Assembly (NCBI GenBank): GCA_007121375.1
Contig: SKLX01000009.1
Coordinates: forward strand, 1-36,703
Direction: 5' to 3'
DNA length: 36,703 nucleotides
From: Bacillota bacterium
Lineage (GTDB): Bacteria; Bacillota; Dethiobacteria; SKNC01
Position numbers and translations under genes: made by a program. A model generated the notes under the pieces. It did not search any database and was not told the DNA's origin. It saw nothing but the letters and a program-made list of their open reading frames with translations. Numbering within the stretch: position 1 is the stretch's first letter; every line of letters begins with the position of its first letter. Below are positions 16,276 to 25,055 of the stretch, one piece after another.

Positions 16276-18066
16276 CTAATTATTTTCATTAACTTTCTTG
16301 GGAAGGGTAAAGAAAAAGGTTGTCCCGTAGCCCTCTTTACTCTCTATCCATATCCTGCCACCGTGGGCTGTAATAATTTCCCTGCATATAGCCAGGCCCA
16401 GCCCTGTTCCTCCCATTTCCCGGGAGCGGGTCTTATCTACCCGGTAAAACCGCTCAAATATATTAGCCTGGTCCTCCTGGGGAATTCCCGGCCCCGTATC
16501 CTTGACTTTTATCAAGATCTCGTCTCCCTGGTCTTCTCCTTCTACCTTCAACCATCCCCCTTCGGGGGTATATTTAATGGCGTTATCCATCAAGTTAATC
16601 AAAACCTGCTTGATCTGATCTTCATTAACCAGTAGGGGTGGAAAGTCAGGAATATCCCAGGTTAATTCCAGTTGGTTTCTTTCTGCCCGGGGATACAACC
16701 TGACCAGAGTATCATCAAAGACTTTTTTCAAGTCTGTTTTTTTCAGGTCTTTTCTTCCCTTTAATGATTCCAACCGGGTAAGGTCCAAAATATCCTGGAC
16801 CAAAAGATTTAACCTGTCAATTTCGGCATCGATGTCCTTTAAAAATTCCTCCCCCTCCTCCTTGACCAGGTCATAATCCAGCATATTTTTAACCAAAAGA
16901 TTTACCGAAGAAAGGGGGGTGCGAAGTTCATGGGAGACATCGGCAATAAATTCCCTTTGTTTTTGTTCCAGCTTCCTCATGCTGGTTATATCCTGCAGGA
17001 CTGCCACGGATCCGTATAACTCCCCGTCAGTCCCTAAAATAGGAGAAACAGCTACCTTAAAAACCTGGTCGCCCCAGGCCAGTTCCCCTGTTAGTTCCCT
17101 TTTATCCTTCCATACTTTTATAAAATACCGGTCCAGCTGGTGGTCAATATTTATTTCCCCCAGGCTTTTTCCCATATTTTCTTCTGCATCGAAGTTAAAG
17201 ATCTTTTCCGCCACGGGATTGGCCAGGATCAGCTTGCCATCTGCGTTTACGGCAATTACTCCATCAATCATATTGGTAAGGATGGCCGTTAATTTATTCC
17301 TCTCCTTGGAAACCTCCTCTATGGTATCCTGCAGGCGGCGGGTCATTTCCCGGAGTCGAGCCATCATGGTATTGAACTGGATGGCCAGCTGGCCTATTTC
17401 ATCATTATTAACTACTTTAATATTTTGATCCAGGCTCCCCTCAGCCGTTTCTCTAACTACCTGGGTAAGGGCCTTAATAGGTTGTAAGATTCTTTTAGCA
17501 AAAACTGAACCCAGACTTCCTACCAGGATCATAGCCATCAGGGTAGTATAAATTAAAATGTTTCTTATGTCCTCCAGCATCTTATAGATAGAGCTCAAGG
17601 AGTAAGATAAAAAAACCGCTCCCCGGGGAGTTCCTCCTTCATATACGGGAACGGCAACCTGCATAACCCACTGGCCCGTCTGGGAGCTTCTCTGAATACT
17701 GTAACCTTCCCCCTCTTCAAAGGCCTGGGTGATTTCTTTCCGTTCCAGGAGACTCCCAATCAGCCCTTCTACCCGTACCGAATCACCTACCACCATGTTA
17801 TTATGGTTAACAATAATAACCCGGGCTCCAATCTGTCGGCTAAAGTCCTCGGCCAGGCTGCTTAAAGTAACATAATCCGGGGCCCCAACTAATGAATCAT
17901 GAGAAAAATCGGCTACCAGTCTGCCTGCCTGATTCAGGACATCCTTCTGGTAGCCGAGATGATAGTTTTCTAACAGGTTGAGCAAAAACACGTTCACTAA
18001 AAACATCACCAGGAGGACTATAACCACATAAGTAATAATTAACCTGGATCGAAAGCTGCTGAACAC
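16276..18066 (-). CDS. Sensor histidine kinase, WalK/YycG-like (2 TM, ~140 aa extracytoplasmic loop, HAMP, PAS, HisKA, HATPase)
   Basis: 596 aa. The H-box is SHELRTPL, the N-box is LMDNAIKYT, and the G-boxes are DTGPGI and GGTGLGLAI. TM segments lie near residues 10-30 and 170-190. The GTG start shares one nt with the response-regulator stop (TAGTG). Confidence 0.9.
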   Translation of the reverse strand: MFSSFRSRLIITYVVIVLLVMFLVNVFLLNLLENYHLGYQKDVLNQAGRLVADFSHDSLVGAPDYVTLSSLAEDFSRQIGARVIIVNHNNMVVGDSVRVEGLIGSLLERKEITQAFEEGEGYSIQRSSQTGQWVMQVAVPVYEGGTPRGAVFLSYSLSSIYKMLEDIRNILIYTTLMAMILVGSLGSVFAKRILQPIKALTQVVRETAEGSLDQNIKVVNNDEIGQLAIQFNTMMARLREMTRRLQDTIEEVSKERNKLTAILTNMIDGVIAVNADGKLILANPVAEKIFNFDAEENMGKSLGEINIDHQLDRYFIKVWKDKRELTGELAWGDQVFKVAVSPILGTDGELYGSVAVLQDITSMRKLEQKQREFIADVSHELRTPLSSVNLLVKNMLDYDLVKEEGEEFLKDIDAEIDRLNLLVQDILDLTRLESLKGRKDLKKTDLKKVFDDTLVRLYPRAERNQLELTWDIPDFPPLLVNEDQIKQVLINLMDNAIKYTPEGGWLKVEGEDQGDEILIKVKDTGPGIPQEDQANIFERFYRVDKTRSREMGGTGLGLAICREIITAHGGRIWIESKEGYGTTFFFTLPKKVNENN

Positions 18067-18755
18067 TAACGACCCTCCCTGAATTTATAGCCTGTCCCCC
18101 ATACCGTTAAAATATACCGGGGGTTGCTGGGGTCCATCTCAATCTTTTCCCGCAGATGCCTGATATGAACATCCACTGTCCTGGCGTCACCGTAGTAATT
18201 ATATCCCCAAATTTGCTCCAGCAGCTGTTCCCGGGAATAAACCCTTCCCGGATTGGAAGCCAGCAGGTTAAGGAGAGCAAATTCTTTAGAAGTCAGGTCA
18301 ATTTCCTGGTCCTTTACCCTCACCCTGTGCTGGTACAGGTCTATTTGTAGATCTTGTATTTTAATCAAGTTTTTTATAGAAGAATTCTGGGAATTGCTTC
18401 GGCGAAGGATAGCCTTAACCCGGGCCAGAAGTTCCCGGGGATTAAAGGGCTTGGTAATATAATCATCTGCCCCCAGTTCTAATCCCAGGATTTTATCAAT
18501 ATCATCCCCTTTGGCCGTAAGCATGATTATAGGGATATCGTAATTTTTGCGAACCCTTCGGCAGACTTCAAAACCATCAAGGCCGGGAAGCATAAGATCA
18601 AGAATTAAAAGGTCCGGGTTTTCAGCTTCCATCTTTTTTAGAGCTTCCTCTCCTTCATATGCAGGTATTACCTGGTAGCCCTCCTTTTCCAGGTTAAAGG
18701 TTAAGGCTTTCACCAGAGTTTTTTCATCGTCAACAAGCAATATTTTTCTTTTCAT
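18066..18755 (-). CDS. OmpR/PhoB-family response regulator, WalR/YycF-like
   Basis: 229 aa. The receiver has DD...D(54)...T...K, and IIMLTAKGDDIDKILGLELGADDYITKPFNPRELLARVKAILRR is very close to WalR. The winged-helix C-terminus reads WGYNYYGDARTVDVHIRHLREKIE. By eye I cannot separate WalR-like from PhoP- or ResD-like. Confidence 0.9.
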   Translation of the reverse strand: MKRKILLVDDEKTLVKALTFNLEKEGYQVIPAYEGEEALKKMEAENPDLLILDLMLPGLDGFEVCRRVRKNYDIPIIMLTAKGDDIDKILGLELGADDYITKPFNPRELLARVKAILRRSNSQNSSIKNLIKIQDLQIDLYQHRVRVKDQEIDLTSKEFALLNLLASNPGRVYSREQLLEQIWGYNYYGDARTVDVHIRHLREKIEMDPSNPRYILTVWGTGYKFREGR

Positions 18756-18764
18756 TCCCTCACC

Positions 18765-19406
18765 TCAGTTATCCTCTTTTTTATTCCTGCTTAACTCTTT
18801 ATATTCTCTTTTTACCTCCTGAAAATCCTGCCAGACCAGCTTCTTTTTTTTAGGATCTCTCAATAAAGCAGCCGGGTGAAAGGTAGGAATTATTTTTAAC
18901 CCCTCCTTCTCCAACCACCCACCCCTGATACGGGTTATCTGGGCGCTGGGGTCAACTAAAACTTTAGTAGAAAGGGCTCCCAGGCATATAATTATGCGGG
19001 GAGAAATAATTTTAATTTGTCTTTGAAGATGAGGGTAACAGGCCTTTACCTCTTCATGGGTGGGAGTCCTATTATTCGGGGGACGGCATTTTACTATATT
19101 GGTTATATATACTTCTTCCCTTTTAAAGCCTGCTGCTTCCAGGATTCTATCCAGGAGTTGACCTGCCCTTCCCACGAAGGGCCGTCCCAACCGATCCTCG
19201 TCTCCCCCGGGGCCCTCTCCTACCAGCATTATTAGGGACTGGGGATTTCCTTCACCAAAAACTACTTGCTTACAACCTTCCCGAAGCTGGCAACGGCGGC
19301 ATCTTTTTACTTCCTCTTCCATTTCCTTTAAATCTTTATCCCTCTTTGCCAGCCTTTCCTTTTCCTCCTGGGAGTTTAAATAATCAAAAAGGCTTTCCTG
19401 CTTCAA
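18765..19406 (-). CDS. Family 4 uracil-DNA glycosylase (4Fe-4S type)
   Basis: The family-4 motifs are GEGPGGDEDRLGRPFVGRAGQLLDRIL and HPAALLR. Cys ligands are CRRCQLREGC ... KC. I prefer the TTG at 19406 (AGGGGTGG upstream). The track ORF begins at a TTG at 19439 that has no SD. Confidence 0.85.
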   Translation of the reverse strand: MKQESLFDYLNSQEEKERLAKRDKDLKEMEEEVKRCRRCQLREGCKQVVFGEGNPQSLIMLVGEGPGGDEDRLGRPFVGRAGQLLDRILEAAGFKREEVYITNIVKCRPPNNRTPTHEEVKACYPHLQRQIKIISPRIIICLGALSTKVLVDPSAQITRIRGGWLEKEGLKIIPTFHPAALLRDPKKKKLVWQDFQEVKREYKELSRNKKEDN

Positions 19407-19518
19407 AACCCCACCCCTTTCCGTAATTCCCTGGCACAACCCTATTCATGAATTTTTTTTGCCTTACTTTTTATACACTTTTATTATAATATTTTAACAT
19501 ATTAGAGAAGTTTTTGGC

Positions 19519-19551
19519 ATAAAAAAATAAATAGACTCCCTGAAGGAGTCC
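19519..19551 (-). terminator. Rho-independent terminator after pdxT
   Basis: A 6-7 bp stem GACTCC / GGAGTC with a 5-nt loop, followed on the minus strand by TATTTATTTTTTTATG. Confidence 0.5.
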
Positions 19552-19584
19552 TTTTATTTAACCTTAACCAGTGTATCTTTGTTT

Positions 19585-20172
19585 TTAACATACCTTTGGG
19601 GACGATTCTTCTCCAACCATTTTTAAGAAAAACTTATGAAACCGCAGGTCTTCCGTAAGCTCCGGGTGAAAGGAGGTTGCCAAAAGATTTCTCTCCCTTA
19701 CCCCTACCACCTTCCCCTGGAAAGATGAAAGGATTTCTACTTCCGGTCCAGTCCTTGTCACGTAGGGCGCCCGGATAAAAACTCCCGTAAAGGGTTCTTC
19801 TCCCAGCCCATGTATGAATAGCTCTCCTTCAAAACTTTCCTTCTGGCGACCGAAGGCATTTCTTCTAACCCGAATATCCATAAGTCCCAGGTGAGGGCTT
19901 TCCCCCTCTATTTCCCGGGCTATCAGGACCAGGCCAGCGCAAGTCCCCCAGATAGGCTTATCCTTTTTATGAAATTCAATTATTTCCCTGTCCAGCTGAA
20001 ACTCCCTTATAAGCCTCCCTATGGTAGTGCTTTCTCCTCCAGGAATTATAAGGCCTTCTATCCCGGCCAGATCTCCCTTTTTCTTTACGGGAACCCCTTC
20101 TGCCCCACATTTTTCTAAAATGTCTATATGCTCCGATACGGCTCCCTGGATATTCAAGACTCCTACTTTCAC
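19585..20172 (-). CDS. pdxT: Pyridoxal 5'-phosphate synthase, glutaminase subunit
   Basis: 195 aa, MKVGVLNIQGAVSEH..., with the GATase triad context (GTCAG, ..FHPE). GTG start, with GGAGG 7 nt upstream. Confidence 0.95.
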   Translation of the reverse strand: MKVGVLNIQGAVSEHIDILEKCGAEGVPVKKKGDLAGIEGLIIPGGESTTIGRLIREFQLDREIIEFHKKDKPIWGTCAGLVLIAREIEGESPHLGLMDIRVRRNAFGRQKESFEGELFIHGLGEEPFTGVFIRAPYVTRTGPEVEILSSFQGKVVGVRERNLLATSFHPELTEDLRFHKFFLKMVGEESSPKVC

Positions 20173-20189
20173 CTTTCTTCCTCCTTACC

Positions 20190-21074
20190 TTACCATCCTC
20201 TAACCTGCATCCTTTCCTTTTCATCAAGGGTGGCAATATCTATTCCGGTCATAGCGTCTCCCAGCCCCCGGGAAACCCGGGAGAGTACCTGGGGATCATC
20301 ATAATTCAAGGTAGCCTCCACAATGGCCCTGGCCCTTTTTTCCGGGTCCCGGGACTTAAAGATTCCCGAACCCACAAAGACTCCATCAGAACCCAGCTGC
20401 ATCATGAGGGCAGCATCAGCAGGAGTTGCAATACCTCCAGCGGCAAAGTTTACCACCGGCAATCGCCCCAGCTTTTTTACTTCTTTTATAAGCTCCAGGG
20501 AAGCACCCAGGCTTTTAGCTTCCGCCGTCAGTTCCTCCTCCCGCATATTAGAAACCTTCCTTATTTGGGCCATTATTAGCCTCATATGACTTACGGCCTC
20601 TACCACATTTCCCGTTCCCGGTTCACCCTTGGTGCGGACCATGGCCGCTCCTTCGCCGATGCGCCTTAAAGCTTCCCCCAGGTCCCGGGCACCACAAACA
20701 AAGGGCACCGTAAACCTATCCTTGTCAATATGATAAAGCTCGTCGGCAGGGGTTAAGACTTCACTTTCATCTATATAGTCAACCCCCAGGGATTCCAGTA
20801 TTTGGGCTTCAACAAAATGGCCTATCCTTACCTTGGCCATTACCGGTATAGTTACCTCTTCCATAATTTTCTCTATAATTTCAGGGTCAGCCATCCTGGC
20901 CACTCCCCCTACTGCCCGTATGTCAGCAGGTACCCTCTCCAGGGCCATCACCGCCACGGCTCCTGCCTCCTGGGCAATTTTTGCCTGTTCGGGAGTAGTT
21001 ACATCCATAATCACTCCGCCCTTTTGCATTTCCGCCAGACCCTTTTTTACTCTGAAAGTCCCTCGTTCCACCAT
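20190..21074 (-). CDS. pdxS: Pyridoxal 5'-phosphate synthase, lyase subunit
   Basis: Near-identical blocks to B. subtilis PdxS ([59 protein letters not shown]). The ATG at 21074 gives the canonical N-terminus [12 protein letters not shown]. The track start at 21101 adds 9 aa. Confidence 0.95.
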   Translation of the reverse strand: MVERGTFRVKKGLAEMQKGGVIMDVTTPEQAKIAQEAGAVAVMALERVPADIRAVGGVARMADPEIIEKIMEEVTIPVMAKVRIGHFVEAQILESLGVDYIDESEVLTPADELYHIDKDRFTVPFVCGARDLGEALRRIGEGAAMVRTKGEPGTGNVVEAVSHMRLIMAQIRKVSNMREEELTAEAKSLGASLELIKEVKKLGRLPVVNFAAGGIATPADAALMMQLGSDGVFVGSGIFKSRDPEKRARAIVEATLNYDDPQVLSRVSRGLGDAMTGIDIATLDEKERMQVRGW

Positions 21075-21133
21075 TTTATCCCTTCTTTCCTCCTGCTCCA
21101 TAGTGTTAAAGTTTCCTTAATTATTACCATATA

Positions 21134-21162
21134 ATTTTACTATAAAGGAGGTGAAATAACAA
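21134..21162 (-). promoter_or_regulatory. Candidate promoter for pdxST (-35 TTGTTA, 17-nt spacer, -10 TAAAAT)
   Basis: Hexamers read from the sequence, 60 nt upstream of the pdxS ATG. Confidence 0.35.
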
Positions 21163-21193
21163 GGAGCTAAGTTTTAAAACCATGGAATTGGCA

Positions 21194-22309
21194 TTAAAAC
21201 TCCACCGTTGTTTTAAGCTGCTCCTTCTCCCTGAACCTCTCCAGAGCCAGGTTAATTAACCGGTCCAGAAGTTCCCCATAACTAACCCCGGAGGCCTCCC
21301 AGAGTTTGGGGTACATGCTCACCTGGGTAAACCCGGGTATGGTGTTGATCTCGTTAATAATTATCCTGTTAGTTTCCTCTTCCACAAAGAAATCTACCCG
21401 CCCCATACCTGACCCGTCCAGGGCCTTAAAGGACTCAACTGCCATTTCCTGGACCCGGGAGGCTGAAGAAGAGTCCATTTCCGCAGGTATATATAAAAGA
21501 GAACGGTCGTCAAGATACTTGGCCCGGTAATCATAAAACTCATTACAGGGGACTACCTCCCCGGGGAGGGAAGCCAGGGGCTCATCATTTCCCAGGACGC
21601 TTACTTCTATTTCCCGTCCACGAATAAATTCCTCTATAACAATCTTGCGGTCATACTGGATCGCCTCCTCAATGCCTCTCAGGAGTTCCTCCCTGCTTTT
21701 AGCCTTGGAAATTCCCACGCTAGAACCCAGGTTACAGGGCTTAACAAAGCAAGGATAACCCAGTTTTCTTTCCACCTTATCCAGGTAGTATTCCCGGTCC
21801 TTTTCCCATTCTTTCCTTAGAAAATATAAATATTTACCCACGGGAAGGCCCCTTTGTTGAAAAACCATCTTCATTATCGCCTTATCCATGCCGGCACTGG
21901 CTGCCAGCACTCCAGGGCCCACATAGGGAATACCTGCCAGCTCCAAAAGCCCCTGGACGGTACCGTCTTCCCCGTAGGGACCGTGGAGAACAGGAAAAAC
22001 CACCTCTAACTTCTCCACCTCCTTTGAAGGAGAAGGGCTTTCCCCCCCCTCCCGGGGAAGCTTTACAAACCCTCCCACCTCCGGGTCGGGAATAATTGCA
22101 ATGGGATCATTGCCTTCCAGGGAACCACCCTGGGCAAGGTCCTGGATAACATTTTCCCCTGTAAACCAGGCCCCTTTCCGGGTAATTCCTATGGGTATAA
22201 TTTCATACTTTTCTTTATCCAGGGCATCTGTAATAGAAGCCGCTGACTTAAGGGAAACCTCATGTTCTCCTGAACGTCCACCGCAGAGGACTCCTACCTT
22301 TAATTTCAC
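21194..22309 (-). CDS. ddl: D-alanine--D-alanine ligase
   Basis: Motifs seen: KVGVLCGGRSGEHEVSLKSA, VFPVLHGPYGEDGTVQGLLE, and the ATP-grasp C-terminus (EINTIPGFT). The GTG at 22309 has GGAGGTG 6 nt upstream. The track ORF is extended by 23 aa to 22378. Confidence 0.9.
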   Translation of the reverse strand: MKLKVGVLCGGRSGEHEVSLKSAASITDALDKEKYEIIPIGITRKGAWFTGENVIQDLAQGGSLEGNDPIAIIPDPEVGGFVKLPREGGESPSPSKEVEKLEVVFPVLHGPYGEDGTVQGLLELAGIPYVGPGVLAASAGMDKAIMKMVFQQRGLPVGKYLYFLRKEWEKDREYYLDKVERKLGYPCFVKPCNLGSSVGISKAKSREELLRGIEEAIQYDRKIVIEEFIRGREIEVSVLGNDEPLASLPGEVVPCNEFYDYRAKYLDDRSLLYIPAEMDSSSASRVQEMAVESFKALDGSGMGRVDFFVEEETNRIIINEINTIPGFTQVSMYPKLWEASGVSYGELLDRLINLALERFREKEQLKTTVEF

Positions 22310-22376
22310 CTTACCCACCTCCAATACTTTATACCATTTATATTTATGCCAAAACATTATCTTTAAAACCCTTATC

Positions 22377-22416
22377 AAAAAACGCGAACCTGGGAAACAT
22401 CCCGTTCGCGTTTTTT
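22377..22416 (-). terminator. Strong rho-independent terminator after the EF-G paralogue (A-tract/T-tract flanks, potentially bidirectional)
   Basis: A perfect 9-bp stem AACGCGAAC / GTTCGCGTT with a 14-nt loop. The minus strand continues TTTTTTGAT. It begins 6 nt after the stop codon. Confidence 0.8.
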
Positions 22417-22421
22417 ATACC

Positions 22422-24506
22422 TTACTCCTCTTCCCCTTCTTTAGATGCTTCAATAATTTTTTTGGCAATATGGTCGGGGACCTCTTCGTAGCGATTAAAC
22501 TCCATGGTAAAAAAGCCCCTTCCCTGGGTCATGGACCTCAAGTCAATGGCATAACGGAACATTTCCTCCAGGGGTACCTGGGCTTTAATTATCTGTTTTC
22601 CATCCAGGGGTTCTGTACCTATTATCCTGCCCCTCTTGGAATTAATATCTCCCATGATGTCCCCCATATATTCTTCAGGTACCGTAATATCCACATCCAT
22701 AATGGGTTCTAAAAGGACGGGCTTGGCCTTTTCCATCCCCTTTTTAAAGGCCATAGAAGCAGCAATCTTGAAAGCCATCTCCGAGGAATCCACTGTATGA
22801 TAAGAACCATCATAAAGGACAGCCTTAATCTCAGTAACAGGGTTTTTAGCCAGAATCCCTTCCTCCATGGCTTCCCTAATACCCTTTTCTACAGCAGGAA
22901 TATACTGCTTGGGCACTGCACCTCCAAAAATCTTATCTTCAAATTCAAACTCTTCTCCCGAGTCCAGGGGAGCAATTTCCAGCCAAACATGGCCAAACTG
23001 CCCTCTGCCTCCCGATTGTTTCTTGTGCTTTCCTTCTATTTTAACCGTCTCCTTAATAGCTTCCCGGTAGGGAACCTTGGGTGAATCCAGTTCTACCTCC
23101 ACCCCAAACTTCTTGGCCAAGCGGCTGCATACAATATCCAGGTGCAGTTCTCCCATTCCCCATAAAAGGTTCTGCTTGGTTTCGATATTTTTTTCTACTT
23201 TAAGGGTGGGGTCTTCATCCAGGAAACGGGTTAATCCAGCAAAGACCTTCTCCTCTTCTCCCTTGGTCTTTGGTTTTACTGCATAAGAAATTACCGGGGA
23301 GGGGAAGGTAATGGGCTCCAGCACCAGGGGACTGGCCTTATCACAGAGGGTATCTCCCGTAGTAGTTTCCGCCAGCTTGGCCACCGCGGCAATATCTCCC
23401 GCCACCGCCTCTTCTAAGGATATCTGGGTTTTCCCCCTCATGATGAATACCTGGGCCAACCTTTCATTTTTTCCTTTGTTAGCATTATAAACCTGAGAAT
23501 CCGATTGAATTTTGCCGGAAAAGACCTTGAAGAAGTTAATTCTTCCCACATAGGGGTCAGCCAGTGTTTTAAAAACCAGGGCAGAGGTGGGTTCCTCCAC
23601 GCTTATCTGACGGGTGGTCTCTTCCTCTTCACAGCCAGGAACCCTCCCCTTAACTTCTCCCACATCAGCAGGAGAGGGTAAACAATAGTTAATCAAGTCC
23701 ATGAGGGGCTGGCTGCCAATGTTGCGGGTAAAAGCTCCACACAGGACCGGAACCACTGCCCCTTCCCGGGTCCCAGTTTTCAGGCTGTCCTTAATCTCTT
23801 CGTCGGTAAGGGGTTCCCCCTCCAGGTACTTCATTAAAAGCTCATCGTCCGTCTCCGCCAGGGACTCCATCATCATTTCCCGATAGGTTTCCACCTGGTC
23901 GGAAAGTTCCCCGGGGATTTCTTCTTCCTTTACCTCCCTGCCATCTTCGCTGAAGGTAAGGGCTTTCATCTCCACCAGGTTAACCATACCCTTAAAAGAG
24001 CTTTCCTGGCCGATAGGAATTTGTACCGGAATAACCTTCGTGCCAAAATTTTGCCGGAGCTGCTCCAGGGCTTCACTGAAATTGGCGTTTTCCCGGTCCA
24101 CCTTGTTAATAACCACCATCCGGGGCATTTCGTAATCATCAGCATATTCCCACACCTTTTCTGTGCCCACTTCCACCCCTGAAGCGGCACAAACTACTAC
24201 TATAGAAGCATCGGCTACCCGCAGGGCCGCATGGACTTCTCCTACAAAGTCAAAATAGCCCGGAGTATCCAGAATATTAATCTTCATATTATTCCATTCG
24301 CAGGGCGCCAGGCTGGTATTGATGCTCATCTGTCTTTTGGTTTCCTCCGGGTCAAAATCACTGACGGTGGTACCGTTTTCCACCTTTCCCAGGCGGTTGG
24401 TAACCCCCGAGGTAAATAAAAGGGCCTCCGTCAGAGATGTTTTGCCAGCCCCTCCGTGAGAAATAAGGGCCGTGTTTCTAATGCTGCTGGTTTCGTATGT
24501 TTTCAT
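22422..24506 (-). CDS. Elongation factor G paralogue (EF-G II-like translational GTPase) with a divergent GTPase centre
   Basis: 694 aa, with the five-domain EF-G layout. G1 is SHGGAGKTS (canonical AHIDAGKTT). Switch I is EETKRQMSI (canonical EQERGITI). G3 is DTPGYFDF (canonical DTPGHVDF). G4 is NKVD. Domain IV (YDGSYHTVDSSEMAFKIA) is conserved. RBS AAGGAGG. Confidence 0.85.
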   Translation of the reverse strand: MKTYETSSIRNTALISHGGAGKTSLTEALLFTSGVTNRLGKVENGTTVSDFDPEETKRQMSINTSLAPCEWNNMKINILDTPGYFDFVGEVHAALRVADASIVVVCAASGVEVGTEKVWEYADDYEMPRMVVINKVDRENANFSEALEQLRQNFGTKVIPVQIPIGQESSFKGMVNLVEMKALTFSEDGREVKEEEIPGELSDQVETYREMMMESLAETDDELLMKYLEGEPLTDEEIKDSLKTGTREGAVVPVLCGAFTRNIGSQPLMDLINYCLPSPADVGEVKGRVPGCEEEETTRQISVEEPTSALVFKTLADPYVGRINFFKVFSGKIQSDSQVYNANKGKNERLAQVFIMRGKTQISLEEAVAGDIAAVAKLAETTTGDTLCDKASPLVLEPITFPSPVISYAVKPKTKGEEEKVFAGLTRFLDEDPTLKVEKNIETKQNLLWGMGELHLDIVCSRLAKKFGVEVELDSPKVPYREAIKETVKIEGKHKKQSGGRGQFGHVWLEIAPLDSGEEFEFEDKIFGGAVPKQYIPAVEKGIREAMEEGILAKNPVTEIKAVLYDGSYHTVDSSEMAFKIAASMAFKKGMEKAKPVLLEPIMDVDITVPEEYMGDIMGDINSKRGRIIGTEPLDGKQIIKAQVPLEEMFRYAIDLRSMTQGRGFFTMEFNRYEEVPDHIAKKIIEASKEGEEE

Positions 24507-24551
24507 CTAATTCCTCCTTACTAATCAGTAATATTTAAAAGAAGAAAGCTT

Positions 24552-25055
24552 TTATTCTTTTTCCGCCAATTTTCCTTTGACGTAGTCAATCAATCCCCCT
24601 GCCCTGATGATTTCCTGCATAAACTCCGGAAAGGGGGCCGCATAAAATTTTTCTCCCGTGGTCTCGTTTTGTATGATTCCCTTCTCCAGATCCACTGAAA
24701 CCTCATCTCCTGGAGAAATCTTTTCCGCGGCTTCAGGAGATTCCATAATGGGAAGCCCGATGTTTATGGCGTTCCGATAAAATATACGGGCAAAGGAGTC
24801 GGCAATGACACAGGATATCCCCGCCTCCTTGATGGACAGGGGAGCATGTTCCCGGGAGCTGCCACAACCAAAGTTTTTCCTGGCTACTATTATATCCCCT
24901 TTGTTAATCTTATTGAAAAATTCCGGGTCTGCATCCTCCATGCAGTGCCGGGCCAGTTCCTGGGGGTCAGAAGTGCTCAGGTACCGGGCGGGAATAATAA
25001 CATCCGTGTCCACGTCATCCCCAAACTTCCAGGCTTTTCCTCTGATGTCCGCCAC
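24552..25055 (-). CDS. leuD: 3-isopropylmalate dehydratase small subunit (short, archaeal-type LeuD)
   Basis: 167 aa, containing [15 protein letters not shown] and GCGSSREHA. The GTG start directly follows the leuC stop, with GAGGAGGTG upstream. Confidence 0.9.
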   Translation of the reverse strand: MADIRGKAWKFGDDVDTDVIIPARYLSTSDPQELARHCMEDADPEFFNKINKGDIIVARKNFGCGSSREHAPLSIKEAGISCVIADSFARIFYRNAINIGLPIMESPEAAEKISPGDEVSVDLEKGIIQNETTGEKFYAAPFPEFMQEIIRAGGLIDYVKGKLAEKE

